Shown here piece after piece: positions 62,152-64,000 of a stretch of 64,000 nucleotides of DNA. The DNA lies in NCBI RefSeq assembly GCF_006345805.1, contig NC_043020.1, positions 17,732,001-17,796,000 on the forward strand, read 5' to 3'. Under the pieces are notes generated by a model. The model worked only from the letters and a program-made list of their open reading frames with translations. It was not told the origin of the DNA and did no database searches. Origin of the DNA: Octopus sinensis (taxonomy: Eukaryota). Numbering within the stretch: the first letter of the stretch is position 1; every line of letters begins with the position of its first letter. The translations under genes and the position numbers were made by a program.

Positions 62152-64000
62152 ATGGAAACTATTTTGCAGATATCTCTTTCCTGGTTAATTCTTGCTTGCA
62201 TATTACAATCTTTACTATTGTACATACCCACAGTTGCTGGTTATTCCAACGATACAATATTATTAAAATATGTCCCAGCCTCTAAGACATTCATTCAGTC
62301 TCATGGCTTAATGCATATTCCAATCAAGAGAACTCGGACCAATTTAGAGATATCACCTTTAGGCTCCAACAGAAAAATTGGACGGCTTAAAAAACAAGAG
62401 TTTAAAATCTCACACATGTCTGCTGCAGAGTTAAAATGTAGATATAGAAACATCCTTTACAAATTATTCTCTACCAAAAATCTACCAATCAGAAGCATAA
62501 AATATAACTGCCACGATACAGTTTCCAACACACAACAACCAATTGATGGTTATTCTCCGCAGTTGCATTTGGGACGTTTTAAGCGGTCTGCAGACAGTTT
62601 ACGAACTCAAGCCAAGAAGAAGGCAAAAAGGAAATCTGCTGAAGAACAAAATGTTTCCTCCAACAATACTCTATCCACTAACAACAATCTCCCCAACCCA
62701 ACTCCGAAAATTACTAAACCAACAAAAACTGCTGCTTCCTCCAGCCATAATCCACGGCGTAAGACTAAAAAACAAACAGAAACTGCTGCTTCCTCAAGCC
62801 GTAATCGGCGGCGTAAGACTACAAGACCAACAATAGCTGCTGCCTCTTATGTTCGTAAGCCCCGTTCTAAGATTATACAGCCAACAGCCGCTGCTTCATT
62901 AATCTATAATCCACGATCCAAGGTTATAAATCCAACAGCGGCAACCTCATCTCGATCTAAGAATATAAAGCCAACTGCAGCTGCATCCTTCGTCCATAAT
63001 CCTCCTGATAAGATAACACCAACACCAACCACCAGTTTTATTAAAACTACAATGATTACAGATGTTGACACTAAAAGTATTCCTTACAAAACACAGCAGC
63101 CAACAGCTTTCTCTTCATTGCCAAAGATTGTTTCTTCATCAATTCCATTACCCCAGAGTTCCATCACAGCTTCAAAATCAGAAGCTATTCTTTTGTCTTC
63201 CAGTCACAAAACAGCTTCAACTTCTTTGTTTGTTCAATCAACATCATCAGCTCCTCAAAGTAAACCTTCAATGGCAATGGTGACTCCCATTTATAATTCC
63301 TTACCATTAAATACAGTCACCACTTCCACAAATATTCACCCTGTAACTAGTTCCAAGTTTGAACCTAGTGGATTAACTTCACATCTTTTGCATTCTGGTA
63401 GCGAAGGGCCTCTAATGACCAAAATGCCAACACCATTTATAACCTTACAACTGAAGAACGACTCAACTGATACCAACACTCAACCCAAAACTGAAAACTC
63501 TCTTCACTTGACCCCAACTTATGCCCCGACAAATAGACGGTCAAAGAAGAATGTATCACTTCTAAGTAATCAGCTGCGCACTGCATCACTGTCAACTTCA
63601 AACATTGTTCTACTGTTGAACAATTCTTTATTGGCTACCTTAGACACCAAACAGAGTTCCTTGCCAGTTCAGACAACCACAGTCCACAATCCAAATTTAT
63701 CCTCAAAGACCCTCAAACTTGATTCAACAACAAAAACACTTTCCAGCAATAATAATTCAAGACTACTGACAAAACCTGTCAATGAAGAAACTACAGTTAT
63801 TTCTAAATCTTCTCTTCCTCCCACTAACAGTCTATTCAAATCTTTTACTCTTCACCCAAATACAGTTTCCAGCAGTCAATTATTTACACTGCTGCAACCA
63901 ACACCAAATACTGGTTTTAATTCTACTAGTTTTAGTCAGACATTTCCAAGTTCTAAATACAAATTTTTTGTCAGCACAAACGGGGCCTCTGTTGAAAGTA
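62152..64000 (+). CDS. Large first coding exon (3' partial) of a secreted or cell-surface mucin-like protein: signal peptide, RFKR site, basic repeats, S/T/P-rich region
   Basis: Manual translation from ATG 62152 (context gacaacATGg; in-frame stop TAA at 62092-62094) is open for 616 codons to the window end. N-terminus METILQISLSWLILACILQSLLLYIPTVAG-YSNDT is a hydrophobic signal peptide; RFKR at 62575-62586; the remainder is S/T/P-rich with several N-X-S/T sequons. Not in the ORF track because there is no stop inside the window. Confidence 0.9.
   Translation, partial: METILQISLSWLILACILQSLLLYIPTVAGYSNDTILLKYVPASKTFIQSHGLMHIPIKRTRTNLEISPLGSNRKIGRLKKQEFKISHMSAAELKCRYRNILYKLFSTKNLPIRSIKYNCHDTVSNTQQPIDGYSPQLHLGRFKRSADSLRTQAKKKAKRKSAEEQNVSSNNTLSTNNNLPNPTPKITKPTKTAASSSHNPRRKTKKQTETAASSSRNRRRKTTRPTIAAASYVRKPRSKIIQPTAAASLIYNPRSKVINPTAATSSRSKNIKPTAAASFVHNPPDKITPTPTTSFIKTTMITDVDTKSIPYKTQQPTAFSSLPKIVSSSIPLPQSSITASKSEAILLSSSHKTASTSLFVQSTSSAPQSKPSMAMVTPIYNSLPLNTVTTSTNIHPVTSSKFEPSGLTSHLLHSGSEGPLMTKMPTPFITLQLKNDSTDTNTQPKTENSLHLTPTYAPTNRRSKKNVSLLSNQLRTASLSTSNIVLLLNNSLLATLDTKQSSLPVQTTTVHNPNLSSKTLKLDSTTKTLSSNNNSRLLTKPVNEETTVISKSSLPPTNSLFKSFTLHPNTVSSSQLFTLLQPTPNTGFNSTSFSQTFPSSKYKFFVSTNGASVES
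62719..63018 (+). repeat. Coding tandem repeat, six units of 39-54 nt (PTxAAS...R/K-rich)
   Basis: Units PTKTAASSSHNPRRKTKK / QTETAASSSRNRRRKTTR / PTIAAASYVRKPRSKIIQ / PTAAASLIYNPRSKVIN / PTAATSSRSKNIK / PTAAASFVHNPPDKIT; all unit lengths are multiples of 3. Confidence 0.85.

Overview
AT-rich, microsatellite-rich eukaryotic DNA. The SINE, MITE and LINE repertoire looks like an octopod cephalopod, probably Octopus; this is inferred from recalled repeat motifs, not from a search. Most of the 64 kb is intronic/intergenic and heavily filled with repeats: at least five SINE-type families, piggyBac-, hAT- and Tc1/mariner-type MITEs, a non-autonomous Helitron, and decayed CR1, RTE, Penelope-like (PLE) and Tc1/mariner (maT-like) elements. 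The one convincing host coding region is an ORF absent from the supplied track because it runs off the window: ATG at 62152, open for 616 codons to the edge. It encodes a signal peptide, an RFKR furin-type site, six basic 13-18 aa repeats and a long Ser/Thr/Pro-rich mucin-like region. The most interesting non-genic signals are (i) five minimal hammerhead-ribozyme-like motifs of three sequence types in PLE terminal repeats, (ii) a 3' tail shared by a CR1 LINE and an abundant SINE, with a covarying stem-loop in four sequence variants, and (iii) several long fold-back structures. Repeat boundaries were read by eye and are approximate (about +/-10 nt) unless a target-site duplication (TSD) is quoted. 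Family names come from recalled motifs and need Dfam/Repbase/SINEBase confirmation.
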